64,000 bases of DNA from Antedon mediterranea (GCF_964355755.1 NC_092678.1:3488422-3552421), one strand, 5' to 3'. Shown: positions 1 to 13,713, counted from the first letter of the stretch. The notes: generated from the letters alone by a model not told the origin. Numbers and translations: made by a program.

Positions 1-418
1 ACACAAAAAGAAAGGAACTGAATCACCATGGAACACATTATATCTGATGATTATCGTTGTTAGTATTAAGTGGAGTTGAAACATTCAAAGGCTTGAAAAC
101 ATTGTAGAACCACAGGGGCCATATCTAGCATAATTATGCTATCTAGCGTAATTTTGACTCATTTGGCATTTCTAATTTTAGAAAATCTACATAATCTGGC
201 ATATTTCTGAAAAACCAATTTTTCCGATGATCTAGCAGTTTTGCTAGTATTTTTTCGAAACAATCTAGCATAATTGTAACCAAATCTAGCATAGTTCGGT
301 CAAAATCCTTATTCATAAATTCATATACCGTCCTCTGATACAATGCCATTTGTTCATAATCTTGTGCTGCCACCTAGCATTATTTTGTTTCCATCGCTGC
401 CCATACATTTGTACTTAC

Positions 419-2785
419 TTCCTCCGACTTGTGGTATATTGATTCCTACCCCGTTATCGGTTTCGTTGACGTTACCGCTTTCTTCTACTTCTGGTGCTGC
501 AGTTGTTACCATTAGTGCTGGATCCCCAAGGGAAGACTCTATTCCCATTACTACTGATGACAAATCTGAAAGTAATACAATAAGTGTGTCTTGTTTTAAG
601 CTCTGTCTACACTATCAAACTTTATGTGACAAAAAAAAAAAAAAACCTGTGATGTGCCCATGTATGGACATGAAGATGTCATATCACCACCATATTTTGG
701 CTCATAGATAAATCACTTTTTTTTGTGTCAAACTAGTTTGATAGTGTAGATAGAGCTTTAGATTGTTCTTTCTTTTGTCAGATATTTTACGGTTATTTAA
801 ATACCATACTATGATTCTTTTATCATTATCTAATGTTAAGTAGTCCAAAAATGAGTTTGTTTTATTTAGTGAAACTTACCTGATAACTGTGGTGGATCTA
901 TTTCCAATACAGATCCATCCTGTGTTTCTCCTCCTCCTCCTTCTTCTTCTTCTTCACTACTACTGCTGCTATCTTCTGTATTCTGTTGTTGTTGTTGTTG
1001 TTGTTGTCTCTGCCTCTGCATTTTCTGTCGTAAATTTCTAAACCCATTAGGTCGTCTATATTCTTCACTGTCTGCGTCTCGAAGTTCTCCTGAAAGTAAA
1101 TAAGTCATATTTAGTGATATTGCCCATGCTAGTTCGCACACACACATACAGCGCCATATCTCGATTAGTCTAACCTATCTCATAATTAAGGCTTCGTTGG
1201 TAGCTGGGCTGCATTATTTTTTTCCTATCAGGTTAAGGCAGAAGTCATGAATACACGAACCAAATTGGGCCCTATGGCAATTGAAAGAAGTTTTGAAATA
1301 TATTTGTCCAAAGTTGTTTTATATTGATAATTTGTCGTCTACCATTCATAATTAACTTTTAGATTGATTTGATTTTTTTTACCAAACAATACAACAAAAT
1401 AAATTAAAAAATAGTATTTTTTATTAAAATATTGTTCAAAAAAGTGATTATCTATACTATACCATTAGCAGTTCAAAAGTTCATAAATTAATTTCCATAT
1501 ATTTTTTATAGAACAAATATTCTGACTAATTCAATACAAACCTTCTCTTAAGCTCTGTCTACTGCGCTATCAAACGTTATGTGACAAAAATGTGATGTGC
1601 CCATAGGCCTATATGGATATGATGATGTCACACTCATTTTGTAAAACTAACTAGCTTTTCCATAATAGTATATCTACAGGCAGTTTTCATACATGGTTAC
1701 CATGGTGAATTGATATTTATTATTTTTTACATTGGTGAAATTAATAATTATACATTGTAATGTTTTTGTTTGGTAATGCAATGTATATAAAAAGATTGAA
1801 AAAAAAAAATCCAAAAAACTTCGTAGTTCAAATGCTAACAAATTAATGTTCATACAACACTTGTACTTGTATTATTTATAGTAATTGTTAAAGAAATCCC
1901 CTTCCAACACATGCAGCCTTGGTTTATTATTTCAAATTTCGCAGGCTATGATTTAAAAAAAGTGGTATGATTCAGATATTAATTTTACATGCGTCGTAGG
2001 ACTGACTTTTACGTTGCTTCCTGTTCTTTATTAGTTTCGTATTAACAGCATTTAAATTCAATCAAAATGAATGAAGTGGTTGTATACAGTGACAAGAGGT
2101 ATATAATATTGAGAATATTGTTGAATTAATAGATTATTGGTTTCGTATTGACAGCATTGTTATTATTCAATATGATTAAAGATGTTGTGGTGTATTGCTT
2201 TGGTACAAGACAGTACAACTATTATATGATAGTGATATTTCAGTTTTAGAAATTACTCATTTCCCGTCTTGAAGTAAATAGCATATTTGTTTTGTTGACC
2301 AAGCATGGTTTTGGTATTTAGAACATGTGTATTACCATAATACTGAATAATGGTGTAGGCCTACTACATTGCTTCTTACCCTTTCTTGTTGTTATATTCC
2401 TCCAGTTTTTTTAGAATTGTTCTTCACTTCGTGGTTATTTTGTGATTTTTAATTTTACATCCGTGTTTGGGTGATTTGGTTTACTTTAGGTTTATGTTAG
2501 ATAAGGATTTTTAAAGGGATGTTAATTTTATTGTGTCTACAAAAAAATTGTCAAATTTGTTAATTAGTAATTTGTTATTTTATTTTTTCAGTTTTCTTTC
2601 TTATAAATGATGTTATTGGTAAGGGTGTATCAATTACAATAGTCGAACAATAATTGATAATGTTACAAGTAACATTAATATACATAGACCTAAATATAAA
2701 ATTTAAAAGTTATCTTACTTCCAGGCCTTGCTGCAGACAATGCAATCAGGACAAGAAGTATTGATAATAATGATAATGTATTCAT
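419..2785 (-). CDS. Gene I (partial, continues left of the window): secreted acidic/Gln-rich paralog of gene F
   Basis: Signal exon 2785-2719 (MNTLSLLSILLVLIALSAARPG), exon 1089-880 (poly-Q, EDSSSSSEEEEE), exon 565-419 (DLSSVVMG..GVGINIPQVGG; compare F's ELSSLSSVVG..GVNSPQVNG). Phase 1. The join between exon 1 and exon 2 is uncertain. Confidence 0.65.
599..757. mobile_element. MITE family 1 (PIF/Harbinger-like), full copy
   Basis: TIRs AGCTCTGTCTACACTATCAAAC / GTTTGATAGTGTAGATAGAGCT with TTA on both sides. Related partial copies near 1550-1650, 5705-5735, 9164-9307 and 15011-15105. Confidence 0.8.
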
Positions 2786-4088
2786 CTTCGACCCTTAATA
2801 AATGAAATAAAAAGATTTGATCAATAAAAAATAATACATAAGATACAAAAACGACACATTTTACCACACCCGTACTGATATTACCTCAATCTGCGGACCA
2901 TTACTCATTACCACACGGCCTATACAGTAATAGCATTCACTCAAAAATATTAACAAAGAAACAATTTTTTTTATTTTATTTATTTAAAAACATATTTGTA
3001 CAGGATAAAAACATATCAGATATAGAGATTGTACCTGTTTTACATAATATCCTGTTTTCAGAGCAATAGATTAAAAAACATTTAAAAAGAAGACATTCAA
3101 AAACTTACAATAAAACTGTAAAAATCACAATACAAAGACAAACAATATTAAAGTGTTTTTAAAGAAGAACATTGACTTGATTAAATAACGGCCATATCCT
3201 AATAATATTATACATGAACTATTTTGTAATTGAAAATGGTAACATAAAATTACAATAAATTGTTTTATGATTGGGATTTATTTGCGCGATTTAATTGATA
3301 ATGAATTTCCTAAAACATTTAATTTTGTGATTTCGCTTTATACGCTCATCATTAATATTGCTTTATATTACATCTACCCAGTACGGTAGCGGGCAATCGC
3401 TGTAAGATTAATTATCAGCTACAATTATATAGAAAATGACTAACTAAAATAACGACGTCAAAAATGGATTCCGATATTATAATGCTCTCCCTATCAAAAG
3501 AAATAAATATAGATCACATTTATATGACCTTTCAAAGGTTATATTAGTTTTTTTATTAGGCCTATGCAAAATAAGTTTGTTTCGGTTTTTAACAATAACT
3601 TCTGTGAGTAGGAAAATCAGTATATGAATTTAGATTTTCTACTTATGTAATTGGCACGTACATATTTAGGCCTATCATTTATGTAATTGCATACCTACAT
3701 ACTAAATACACATTAAATATAGACACATTACCTTTATTTACTGATCACTAGCTGCTTTCAAATTGTTCTTGCTTTCCGTCTTGTCAAGTTGTTTAAAATT
3801 ATTAATATCTTGTAGTATACCTTATGGATCTGTATATATCCGTTTAGTTTTAAAATCGTCAAATCACCATCCTTTACGTAATAAGTTCATTGCGTTTTCA
3901 AGAAGTTTGCGTTTATCCTCCAACTTAAACGTCACTGAATTATTTATTGTAATTTCCTTTTACATTTGACCTTGTGACGTTGAAACTTTCTTCCTTAAAG
4001 ATTTAATTTCCGAAGTGCACTTTTCTGTTCGGCTTACATTCGTTTATTTTTGGTTCTAACATACTTGGTATTCAATATTAATAATGGC

Positions 4089-4343
4089 GCGCCAAGCTGT
4101 CATTTATTCAAGCAATAGAAATATCTTAGTTTTAAATAGAGTAATTTTTAATAGAGATATCTCTGTTAATCTCTATTATTAGAGATATCTCTATTAAAAA
4201 CTAAGATATCTCTATTTGAAACTAAGATATCTTAGTTTTTAAGATATTTTAATTTTAAATAGAGATATATCTATTAATAGAAATATATTTTCTTAGTTTA
4301 AAACTATGAAATCTTTATTTCCGAATAAATGACAACTTGGCGC
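4089..4343. mobile_element. MITE with 21-bp TIRs and internal AGATATCT repeats
   Basis: GCGCCAAGCTGTCATTTATTC ... GAATAAATGACAACTTGGCGC. Confidence 0.7.
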
Positions 4344-4560
4344 ACTATTGACTTGATCTCTCTGTGACTTGAATACTACTGTTCGAGTTTTACAAAGGAG
4401 AAGGAATCAAAATATCATTTATTCTAATGATGTATTTATTTCACCAAGAATACGCGTTTTATTATAAGGAAGACCGGTTTCTAAAAACAATATATTTATT
4501 ATTATTTATCTATAGGCCTATCATTCTAGGAGAATGTGCATTTAGATATAATATTTATCA

Positions 4561-5473
4561 CTATCTACTCGAGCCCCTCGGTTGTGGTACGCCATGACAA
4601 CCCGCCTTGCACGGACCAGATGATCCTCGTCTAGCTCGCCTGATCTCGTCAAGAACATCATGTTTATCAACCTCTACCGACTGAGAATAAGCTTGCACGT
4701 TCGCCAGATTTGCTGCAGCGACTAAAATAAAACACATACTAATAGATATATGATAATAATACTTTCAATAGTTCTTTTTGTCAATGGTATTGCAGTGGCG
4801 CTTACATTTCTAACATAGGCGGATCCATTTGCGATGCGCAAGATAAGCCATTAGGTTAAATTCAGCACTTAATTTCACAGTTTTTAGGCTCTTATTAAAA
4901 GAAATGGAACAATAGAACTAACAAGCAATATTTGAAATGTTTCGTTAAATAATTTGGTTTTAATCTATTCCATTTCAGATTTTAATTACCGTTTTGATTA
5001 TTAGAGTTTGTGTTTCCTTGAGCGGAATCATCATCTTACCTTCGAGTCACTATAAATATTGTAATTATTTGATTAGTTGATTTTATTCGGCTTTTAGAAC
5101 CTTAATTATTGTGGTTTTTTATTTAATATATGTATTGGTTGCCTAATTTCGGTTTAAGGTTAAAAAGATAATCATTTTTAAAGTGATGTTTAGGTTAATA
5201 TTTTGTGTGTACAGAAAACTAACTTTCAGTCATCAAGGAAAACTTTGTATATTATCTGCCAAAGTGTACACATTTTTATGTCATCGTTGGGCCACTTATG
5301 GCATCTTATTACTGATTTGTTTTGCAATATTTTTTACAATAATTAAAAAGTCATTAATGATGTACATACATTTCAATAAATATATATATAAACAAACATT
5401 AATCTTACTTGCAGTAAGCTGCAGATAACGCAATCAGGACAATAAGTATTGGTAAAAAGCCAAATGTTTTCAT
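4561..5473 (-). pseudogene. Gene H: probable chimeric pseudogene (signal exon like gene I, exons 2-3 like gene G)
   Basis: Exon 5473-5409 (MKTFGFLPILIVLIALSAAYC) is 2 nt shorter than the gene I paralog, so it ends in phase 2. Exon 5049-4990 has TAA at 5036-5038 where G has CAA. Exon 4721-4561 (VAAANLANVQAYSQS..RRARRGSSGPCKAGCHG..*) is intact. Confidence 0.6.
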
Positions 5474-6695
5474 TTTTTATCCTAATAAAAAAGAAAAATG
5501 TTAATTATAGAAAATAACACAAACAACATTATACGTTATTATTTATTTCGTTCGTTAAAAAGGCTTTTTTTCTTTTATTTATATCCACAAAAAAAGTAGT
5601 AGTAGTAGAAGTTAATCCAGGTCTGCACATACCAAATTTGTGTTTGCATTATTCAAGTTTGCAAACTAAAGTTTGCTATTGTAAGCCTAGATTTCGTTTC
5701 TGTTTCACATAAAGTTTGATAATGTAGACAGAGCTCGAACGTATATTTTATTTTTTTAAGTGATTTTTTCAAATTTGTTAATTTTTTTAAATGTTTCTGT
5801 TTCCATATATTTATATATATATTTTTGTAAATCAACAATTTCAGCCTTCGGGCTGCATGTTTTTTATTGTATAAACCTGAATAAAAAAAAAAAACAAAAA
5901 AAAAACTCGGAGTTTGCTCAAGTTTGCAAACAAAAGTTTTAAGTTTTAGGCTATGTACCTTCTTGACAAACTAGTTTGCTGATATGAATGATGAACACAG
6001 CCAATCAAGTAACTTTCGTTGTATTCATATTAATCTGCAGATGTACAAAAAGTCAGCCTCCAGTAAGAGAAGGTAGTTCTCCAAAGTTTGCTAGGGACAA
6101 ATCCTCACTAGCAAATTTAACTTTATCAGCTTGCATAACGAACTTCTACAGTAGTTAAATCGGAGTATGCTATCAAATAATTGGTAAAGTTTGCTAGTGT
6201 AGACTATAGGCAGTTTATCCTGGTTTAACCCGAAATGACTTCGATACTGTCGGCGTGAGTTTCTCACAAAATAGGCCTAATAATTCAAAGTATTTTACAT
6301 TTATATTTATTTCACCAAGAATACTTGTTTTTATTACACCCGTTGATAAGCTGTATTATTATTTAAAGTAGATCGTTTTTATTTGAACATAACAAAACAA
6401 ATTCTTATACTGTATCACCATTTTGTACGCCTATTGAAATAGTAAACTCAGATACAATAAATATACAACAATTACCGGTTGATTGTTATAGATAAATTGC
6501 ATCCACTATTTCTTAATTGATGATATGATGATATGATATATTGTTAGATCATGGAGTGTATTTATATAATTACACTCTGGTTGATGCTGTTAATTTTCTT
6601 AAAATAATGAAATAATTAATCTAACTATTAATTAAAATCAGGAAAATATGCACAGATCTACATATTTATTTTGTTGTTGAAATTGCGATTTGTTT

Positions 6696-7639
6696 TCATT
6701 TATCTTCTCCCGACTGAGAATTAGCTTGCACGTTCGCCAGATTTGCTGGAGCAGCTAAAATAAAACAATATATATCAGTAAGTATGATAACATAATAAAT
6801 GTAATTTAAATTAACTGTACTTTGTTTCAATGGTTGTACAAATTGGAGTGACATCGCTGAGTAAATGATGAGCTAAATGTAAATAATACGGTGAAAAATA
6901 TATGAACTGTAAATGATACATTATATATATTTTAAATAATATATAATAAACGTTTGGTGATTTAATGTAGGTTGATTAGTATTCCATTGAGATAGCGCCT
7001 TCTGGATGGCTCCTTAGGTCATTTACATATGTGCGCAATTTAGCCAAGAAGGCTGAGTCGCAGGTCATTCCCCACCATTTTTTATGTACGTAATTTATTT
7101 TTTAGTTGTTCCAAATAATTACCGTTTTCGTTAGAATTTGTGTTTCCTCCGGCGCCGAGTTGAGCGGGACCTCCATCTTCGTTAGAGGCTGTACCGTCGT
7201 CTTGCCTTCGCGCCCCTATCATTAGAAAAGTTTATTATGTTAAATATTTATTTCAACCCCATCAAACAGCGATATTTCCAATTGAATGATACATTTTGTG
7301 ATCAATTAAGTTTATAAGATGAAAAACATTTTTCTTTTTTACTCTCCTTTTTATAAAACCATTAGGGAAAAAAAATATATGTCTGATTTAAATGTATACA
7401 GGTTAAAAAATATGTTTGTAAACATTGAAACCCATACAATTAAGTCTTTTGCAACTTACTTATATAAAGCTTATGACAAAGTAGGTCCGAAAATAATATA
7501 GATTTTATTATGAGAAATAGGCCGGGGGCCATTGCTTATTGAAATAAAAGAAAGAAAAAAAAAGAAAGAATCACACTTTCTGAAAGTATCACTAAAATTT
7601 CGTTTGGAAATAATTAGAATAACGTATATAATGTTCTTC

Positions 7640-7674
<35 letters not shown>

Positions 7675-8206
7675 CATTTATTTACCCAGGGTGGCCCAAA
7701 CGGTTAAAAACTGGTTTCCATTGGGGCCCTGCATTTTACGTGCAAAAGCAATAGCACACAGTTAATAATGTATAACTCACTGTCCTAATTAAAAGAGGGC
7801 AATCCTGTTCACAGACGATCATATACACAGGTATAAACACAAATAAGATTTTAAATAAATAAACATTTGCATGCATGTCATTATTATTAGTATTATTAGA
7901 AAGATATGTATTAATACATTAGAACTCCTACAAAGGGGATAAGTTCTTGACCCAGTAAGTTCCCCTTAAATGAGTGTCATAATAGTTGGTTGACCGGAAT
8001 GTTTATTAACATGCTCTTCATTTGTTTAACAGTAACGGTATCACCTTAATAGGGTATCACATATATCATGATTGTCATCTTAATAAGGGTGCCCCAAAGG
8101 GGCTGTACTGTATTTGTTCATACATCACTATACTATGAATCTTACTTTCTCGTCTTGCCGTCACAGCTATAATAAGAACGAGGCATAAGAAAAACGAATA
8201 ACGCAT
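6696..8206 (-). CDS. Gene G: small secreted precursor, about 70 aa, with RRERARR cleavage site
   Basis: Exons 8206-8146 (MRYSFFLCLVLIIAVTARRE), 7215-7123 (RARRQDDGTASNEDGGPAQLGAGGNTNSNEN), 6754-6696 (AAPANLANVQANSQSGEDK*). Phase-1 GT-AG; minus-strand AATAAA at 6306-6311. Confidence 0.65.
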
Positions 8207-8571
8207 GATGTCCTATAAAATAGAAAAACAATAATATAGTATGGTAACTTTAGATATTTGAAGAATCTTGCTCCTCGTATATGTACACGCAAATAATTTC
8301 ACCAATCACAAGTAACAGTTTGGGTGACCCATTGTTTGTGATTGGTCGATTTAATGTACGTTACTCGTATTTGTTGTTGTTTTCATCACCATTTCCAGTG
8401 CTGGCACTCTCCATTCTATATGAACCTTTTTATTTTTCAAATTTTCAATTTTAAACTCCAATTAAAAACAATGTCTGTTAGTTTCGCTCGTTATCAATAT
8501 TAATGAATAATTAACTTAAATTATATACAATATTTCAATAATTTCCTTTTCCTGTTTGAAGGGGTTTGAAA

Positions 8572-8685
8572 GTGGCCTAGACACTTTAGAGGATGTGTAC
8601 CGATCCCTTGACATTGGCCTAGACACTTTAGGGGACGTGTACCGACCCCTTGACTTTGGCCTTTAGAGGTACCGAACCCTTGCCT
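8572..8685. repeat. Minisatellite, about 42 bp x 2.5
   Basis: TGGCCTAGACACTTTAG(A/G)GGA(T/C)GTGTACCGA(T/C)CCCTTGAC repeated. Confidence 0.8.
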
Positions 8686-9163
8686 TTAAAGCGTCATCCA
8701 AAACCATTTGCCCTTTTATTGCCCTAAGATTACAAATCCTCAATTCTATTACATTTTTTACTTGTTTAGAGTTTAAAGTCCCAATTAATCTAGATGTTCC
8801 ATGAACAGTTTATTGACTTAACATGTGAATGGAATATATCTCGCTAAATTTCTGAGCTGTCACGAATCTCTGATAACTAGTTCCTCTCTATGTGACGGTA
8901 TTAATTTTCGATAATTATAGTACCTTAATTGTTTCTCCGTGTTTCTCTCTTTGGCATCCGACACAAATGTATTAGTAGCTAAATGGAACTAAGCTACACC
9001 CACAGCTTTCGCTATACCTATTTTAAGAAACGCAAGCCTACAGTGAGGGGTTTCCCTCTGCTGAACACCCCCTGACCATGCGTGCCCTGAGAACCTATTA
9101 TTAGCAATGTTTTGTTGATGTATACTGTGCGGCATAATCAAATTTATTCGCAATATTGTTATT

Positions 9164-9307
9164 AAGCTCTGTTACACATCAAACTTTACGTGACAAACAA
9201 ATGTGATGGGCCCATATATGGATACGATGATGTCAAATCAGTACCATATTTGGGCATATCACTACCATATTTGGGCACACTTTTCTTTGTCAAACTAGTT
9301 TGGTAGT
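9164..9307. mobile_element. MITE family 1, degenerate copy
   Basis: Same left end and internal CATATTTGGGCA repeats as the element at 599-757. Confidence 0.7.
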
Positions 9308-10783
9308 AGCGTATGTGAAATGTTTTAAATTACCAAATTAAAGTACTCACTACTGATGAAGCTAATAATATAACGCCATAGAATAATCGATATGAAAAAG
9401 TATAGAAATTGACTAACCGAAGTCACTATAATATTGTAGGGCAGCCATTACGTAAATTGTGACGCTGACAAATGCAATTGAAACGAAACCACTAAACATT
9501 TAAAAATATTGATATAAAAGATGTAACCTGAAGTTTAAGTAATTAGAACTGTTTTCCAAAAATACTTAAATACAATAAATACCTTTTTTTTTTGGATGAT
9601 CTCGTCAACAATATACACGACTTGAAGTGCTTGGTAGTTGCTTACAAACAAATATGTGATTCAATTTAAAAGCATTTCTCATTTTTATACTTTTTTTTGA
9701 ATGATTATGTGGCAGTGCAGGGTTGCCAATATCTGGGTCTCCCGCACGTAGGCCATTTTCACATGATAAAAAAAGGTTTTAAGTTAAATCCACTACAGAC
9801 GAGAACCCGTGTGTCATCAAAAATCTAATCCAACCTCAATTAATCATGGCTAGTAAGAATTGATGTATAGCACACACGAGATCAATTGATTTATATTATT
9901 AATATCTAATATAAATGTTGATATTTGTTGGCAACCTAATCGACGGATACTTCGTACGTATCTAATGTGTATCTTCAATCGTATCTTCATAAGTTTTGGC
10001 ACGTGCCGCGCGTCATAGACAAAATCGCTTACAATTCGATTGACAGTATTGGTTCCTAGCGAGGAACAAGTTCTCAAAAACTGGGGACCAGTGACTGAAA
10101 ACTGGTGTCTTAAATTTAATGTATTATATAAATTGGATTAGTGTAACATTTGTATATATAATATTTGTATATATAATATTACAGTTCGACAATAAAACAT
10201 TGTTTTACTTTCATATTTTATTAGTACTCATTCAAGGTACGTACATAATGGTAAAATATTATGTTATTCTGACTACATTTAATGTTATATAAAATGGACC
10301 TGCCAGCGACTGTTTTAATAATTTATTCAATATACAATTCAGTTTATTATTAGTTCAATATTATAATATTTGAATATATTTCGTTGTAAATGATGTGTTA
10401 ATAATATACATCAAGTCTACCCCAAAAAAATGTTTACCCCTTCTCCAAATGCATAATTAATTATGGACTCCATATTTGATACCTTTTCTATCAGCTTTTG
10501 CTCACGTGATTGTCTTTTCTTTTCTTTATCAATGTTGTAAAATAGAATAAAGTAATCCCAATTATAGGAGATAATGATAACGTATATAAATAGCACCTTA
10601 GTTTCTAGTCTTCTTTGTTACCTCTGAGCGACATGCTTATCAATTGATTTTTACAAAGCGTTATCAATAATTTTGTATAATATTAGTATTTCAGTTTCGA
10701 TGTGTTTCATTTGTGAACAGTAGGAACAGTTTACAGTTGATGAAGTGCAGAGTAACATTGACACAATGATGGTTCTACGTCAT

Positions 10784-13136
10784 TTAAGGCATCTGGTCGC
10801 CTACAGGATCTAGATTACCTAAAAAAACAGTAATAATAATATTAATATCAAAATATTAAATATAGTTTTTTTTTTTATAGTTTTTTGCCCTTTCATCATG
10901 CCGGTGCCAGGTGGTAATTACCTGGTTCTTTAGCCGTATCCGGTGCCAGTTGCTCAGTCTTACACTCCCCTTTATGTTCTACAAAGAACTCTGGTGTGTT
11001 GTTTCTGCACATTACGGCTTCAAAGACGCATTGTGAAACATAGGTTTCCCCGTCACTACCACACACGGCGTCGTTTTCGAGTGGACATGATGTCCTACAG
11101 GTCGGTTTTGCTGGCTCAGGAGTGATTTTTTGTGTAGTTTTAGTTTTTTCCGTTGCCCTCTTGGCATTTGTCACCATTGCGCCGGTTGTGACGACTGTAG
11201 TAAATAAATGTCACCATTAACTTCAAATTTTCCCTCACTACCATTGATAATATTAATAGATCATATTGCATAGTTGTATACTGGTATACTTAACTTAATG
11301 CAATATTACCAACATCGTCACCCGTATCTCCTTCGATGTTACCTTTATTAACGTAACGTATTTACGTAATAAATAAACGTGACGTCTATGTTCTTTCCAA
11401 TTCATGCATGGTAGGTTGCCCACTCATTAATTTTTGTTTCCCTTCATGTCAATATAGATGATCATATTTTATTTCTAGATACTTATACTAGTGATAAAAA
11501 AGGCCACCTGATTTGATTAGTTAAAATAGGCCCCAAAACAGAACGAAATACAGATAATTATGAACATCGCAATATATTAGCACAATATATCTTAAGGTAG
11601 AAAAGTTTTACCATTAACTTGAGGTGAGTTTACACCAGGGGCTGGGCCACTTCCAGCGTCTCCTCTATCAACTTGACGTGGCGTAGAGGTATCACGAACG
11701 GTGGTGGTTTCACGGACTGTGGTGGTCGTTTCAACTGGCATAGCTATAGTTGTTGTCGCAAGAGGGATTGTAGCAGTAGCAATCTCTACTGGAGGATCTG
11801 TCATGGATGACTCTGCTACTAGACTGCTAGGTCCCACCACTGAAGATAAAGATGACAACTCTACCAAAGAAAAAACATATTATTAAATCACCGTTTAAAG
11901 ATGCTTTGTCCTTTAAAATATGATATAGATGAATAAACTCGAATAAACTTGAATAGGCCATTTTGCAGTGTTAATAAAGTTATTCATTCCCATCTCAAGA
12001 TGTTTTAATGCACTTGTTGGTCAAAGTATTAACCATGTTAAGTTCCCATCTTTACAGAACCTCCTCAGACATTGATCAAGTATATTAGTGCATTATATAT
12101 TTTTCAAACTATACCAACCACTTGTAAAACTGCTTTCATTGCTTTCACTAGAGTCTTCCTCCGAACTACTGTCGTCCTCGTTTTGTACATTGTCTGCAAA
12201 TTTGTTCTCTCTCTCGTAATTTTCGTTTTCATTGTCGTTCACTGTCAAAGAAAATATACGTCTTATATTATAATTGCATTACAATAACAACAAAAACAAC
12301 AACATTATGTAAAATCTGTAAAAAGTCCCCTTACCAACCAAGATTCGAACTTTTTAAGAACTATATGTAAATGTCCTTATCACTGCGGATGTCATGTTCT
12401 AGCTCAATTGATTACATGATTTATTTTATTTATTTTTATTTTATGTCTTTAGGCAATGTGGCCAAGGATTTCCAATAGTGAATTAATCACTGTCCTATCA
12501 GATAGGTGGTAATCCCCCTGATACAGGGGCTATTGTGTGAACCAGTTCACCGGGGTAACCCCCTACTCTTTTTCGAATAATGAACTGGGTTCTTTAAAGT
12601 ACACACAGGTTATAACTATGTACACTGGACCTACGGTTTATAGTCCTTATCCGAGAAGACTTGTTCCACCACCAGAACTAGGAGCGAGTCGGCCTCGAAC
12701 CCTTGCCGATGTTGTTGTTGGCTCTTTAGGTACGGTAAACGGCGATATACATACGGTAAACGAATGATATATTTTAATTGTACGCACCTACTGCACAGAT
12801 ATTACATATTTTGTACTTCTCCTGATGATTGTGCCAAATTTATAGTATTTAATAGTGTGACTATTTAGATCTATAGTTTTAATTATTTAGAATGTACAAT
12901 ATATTTTATATAAAATGATAGCCAAATGAAAAGAAACTTCTAACATTTAATGAACACTGTACTTCGTACTTGTGTGATATTCTTTCAGTAATTGAATAGT
13001 ATAGTTTTTACTTACTTTGACCATATCGGAGAAAATGCTGAAAGGGGTTGTTATTGTACCTCTGGTAGTAAGGGGCAGCTGAGGTCATGGTTATAAAGGC
13101 TAGGCCTAGTACAACAAGCATACTTAATTTCGTCAT
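10784..13136 (-). CDS. Gene F: secreted acidic/mucin-like protein with one Kazal domain, about 266 aa
   Basis: Exons 13136-13016 (MTKLSMLVVLGLAFITMTSAAPYYQRY..), 12241-12119 (EDDSSSEEDSSES), 11860-11612 (Thr-rich, RGD), 11194-10922 (CRTSCPLENDAVCGSDGETYVSQC..), 10818-10784 (TAA). Phase 1; 801 nt. 5'UTR exon donor near 13590. Confidence 0.82.
12420..12705 (-). mobile_element. tRNA-derived SINE with a conserved central domain, in a gene F intron
   Basis: B-box-like GGGTTCGAGGCC on the minus strand near 12691-12702 and an A-rich tail near 12420. The core CCCCTACTCTTTTTCGAA..GGGTTCTTTAA..ACCTACGGTTTATAGTCCTTATCCGAGAAGAC resembles Nin/Deu-type invertebrate SINEs (recalled, not searched). Confidence 0.6.
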
Positions 13137-13662
13137 ATTGGAACTACAAAAACAATAAACAAATATGAATTATATTGTCAATATTAAACAGCATTATTGA
13201 TATATACATACAGTATAGAATTAATATTAAAAGATGCCCCAACAAAATATTCCCTTATTAGAGAGTGTCTCCTGAATATGGGTTGGTCGTAGTATTACAA
13301 CTTATATTGTTTCTCAGGAAAGTATCCCCTGGATAGTGGTGTTCTATTTTCTTACACAGTACTAGGATGTGCATACCCTACCCTAATGTGCCCTTCCATG
13401 GAACCACATGTATTAGAATTATCATTGCAATCTTTCCTCATGGGAACGAATTAATAGCCCAGTGATTCATACGGATTGGTTAGATGTCAGGTGATAAACT
13501 AACACAGTTTTGCAGCAATAGCAGCAACAGTACTTAAATACTTCTTTATGATTGATTTTAAACCTATGTTAAATAGTAACATTATACATACCTTGGTTGA
13601 TTCTTCTTGTTTGATTCAGGGTACCATAAAAGTGTTCTATTGTGAAACATATATATACATAC

Positions 13663-13713
13663 TTTATAATACTTGGTTAAGACGGAAACAATTACGCATG
13701 TAGTCTGACGTCA
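13663..13713 (-). promoter_or_regulatory. Gene F core promoter: TATAAA box plus CRE
   Basis: Minus-strand TATAAA at 13663-13668, TGACGTCA at 13706-13713, and a 5'UTR exon donor gtatgt near 13590. Confidence 0.45.

Noticed and set aside
143-373. 76-aa minus-strand ORF
   Set aside because: It lies in a gene I intron over degenerate ATCTAGCATAATT repeats, probably from a transposon; no exon support.
3735-4050. Coding-like minus-strand stretch
   Set aside because: Several in-frame stops and no recognisable motif.
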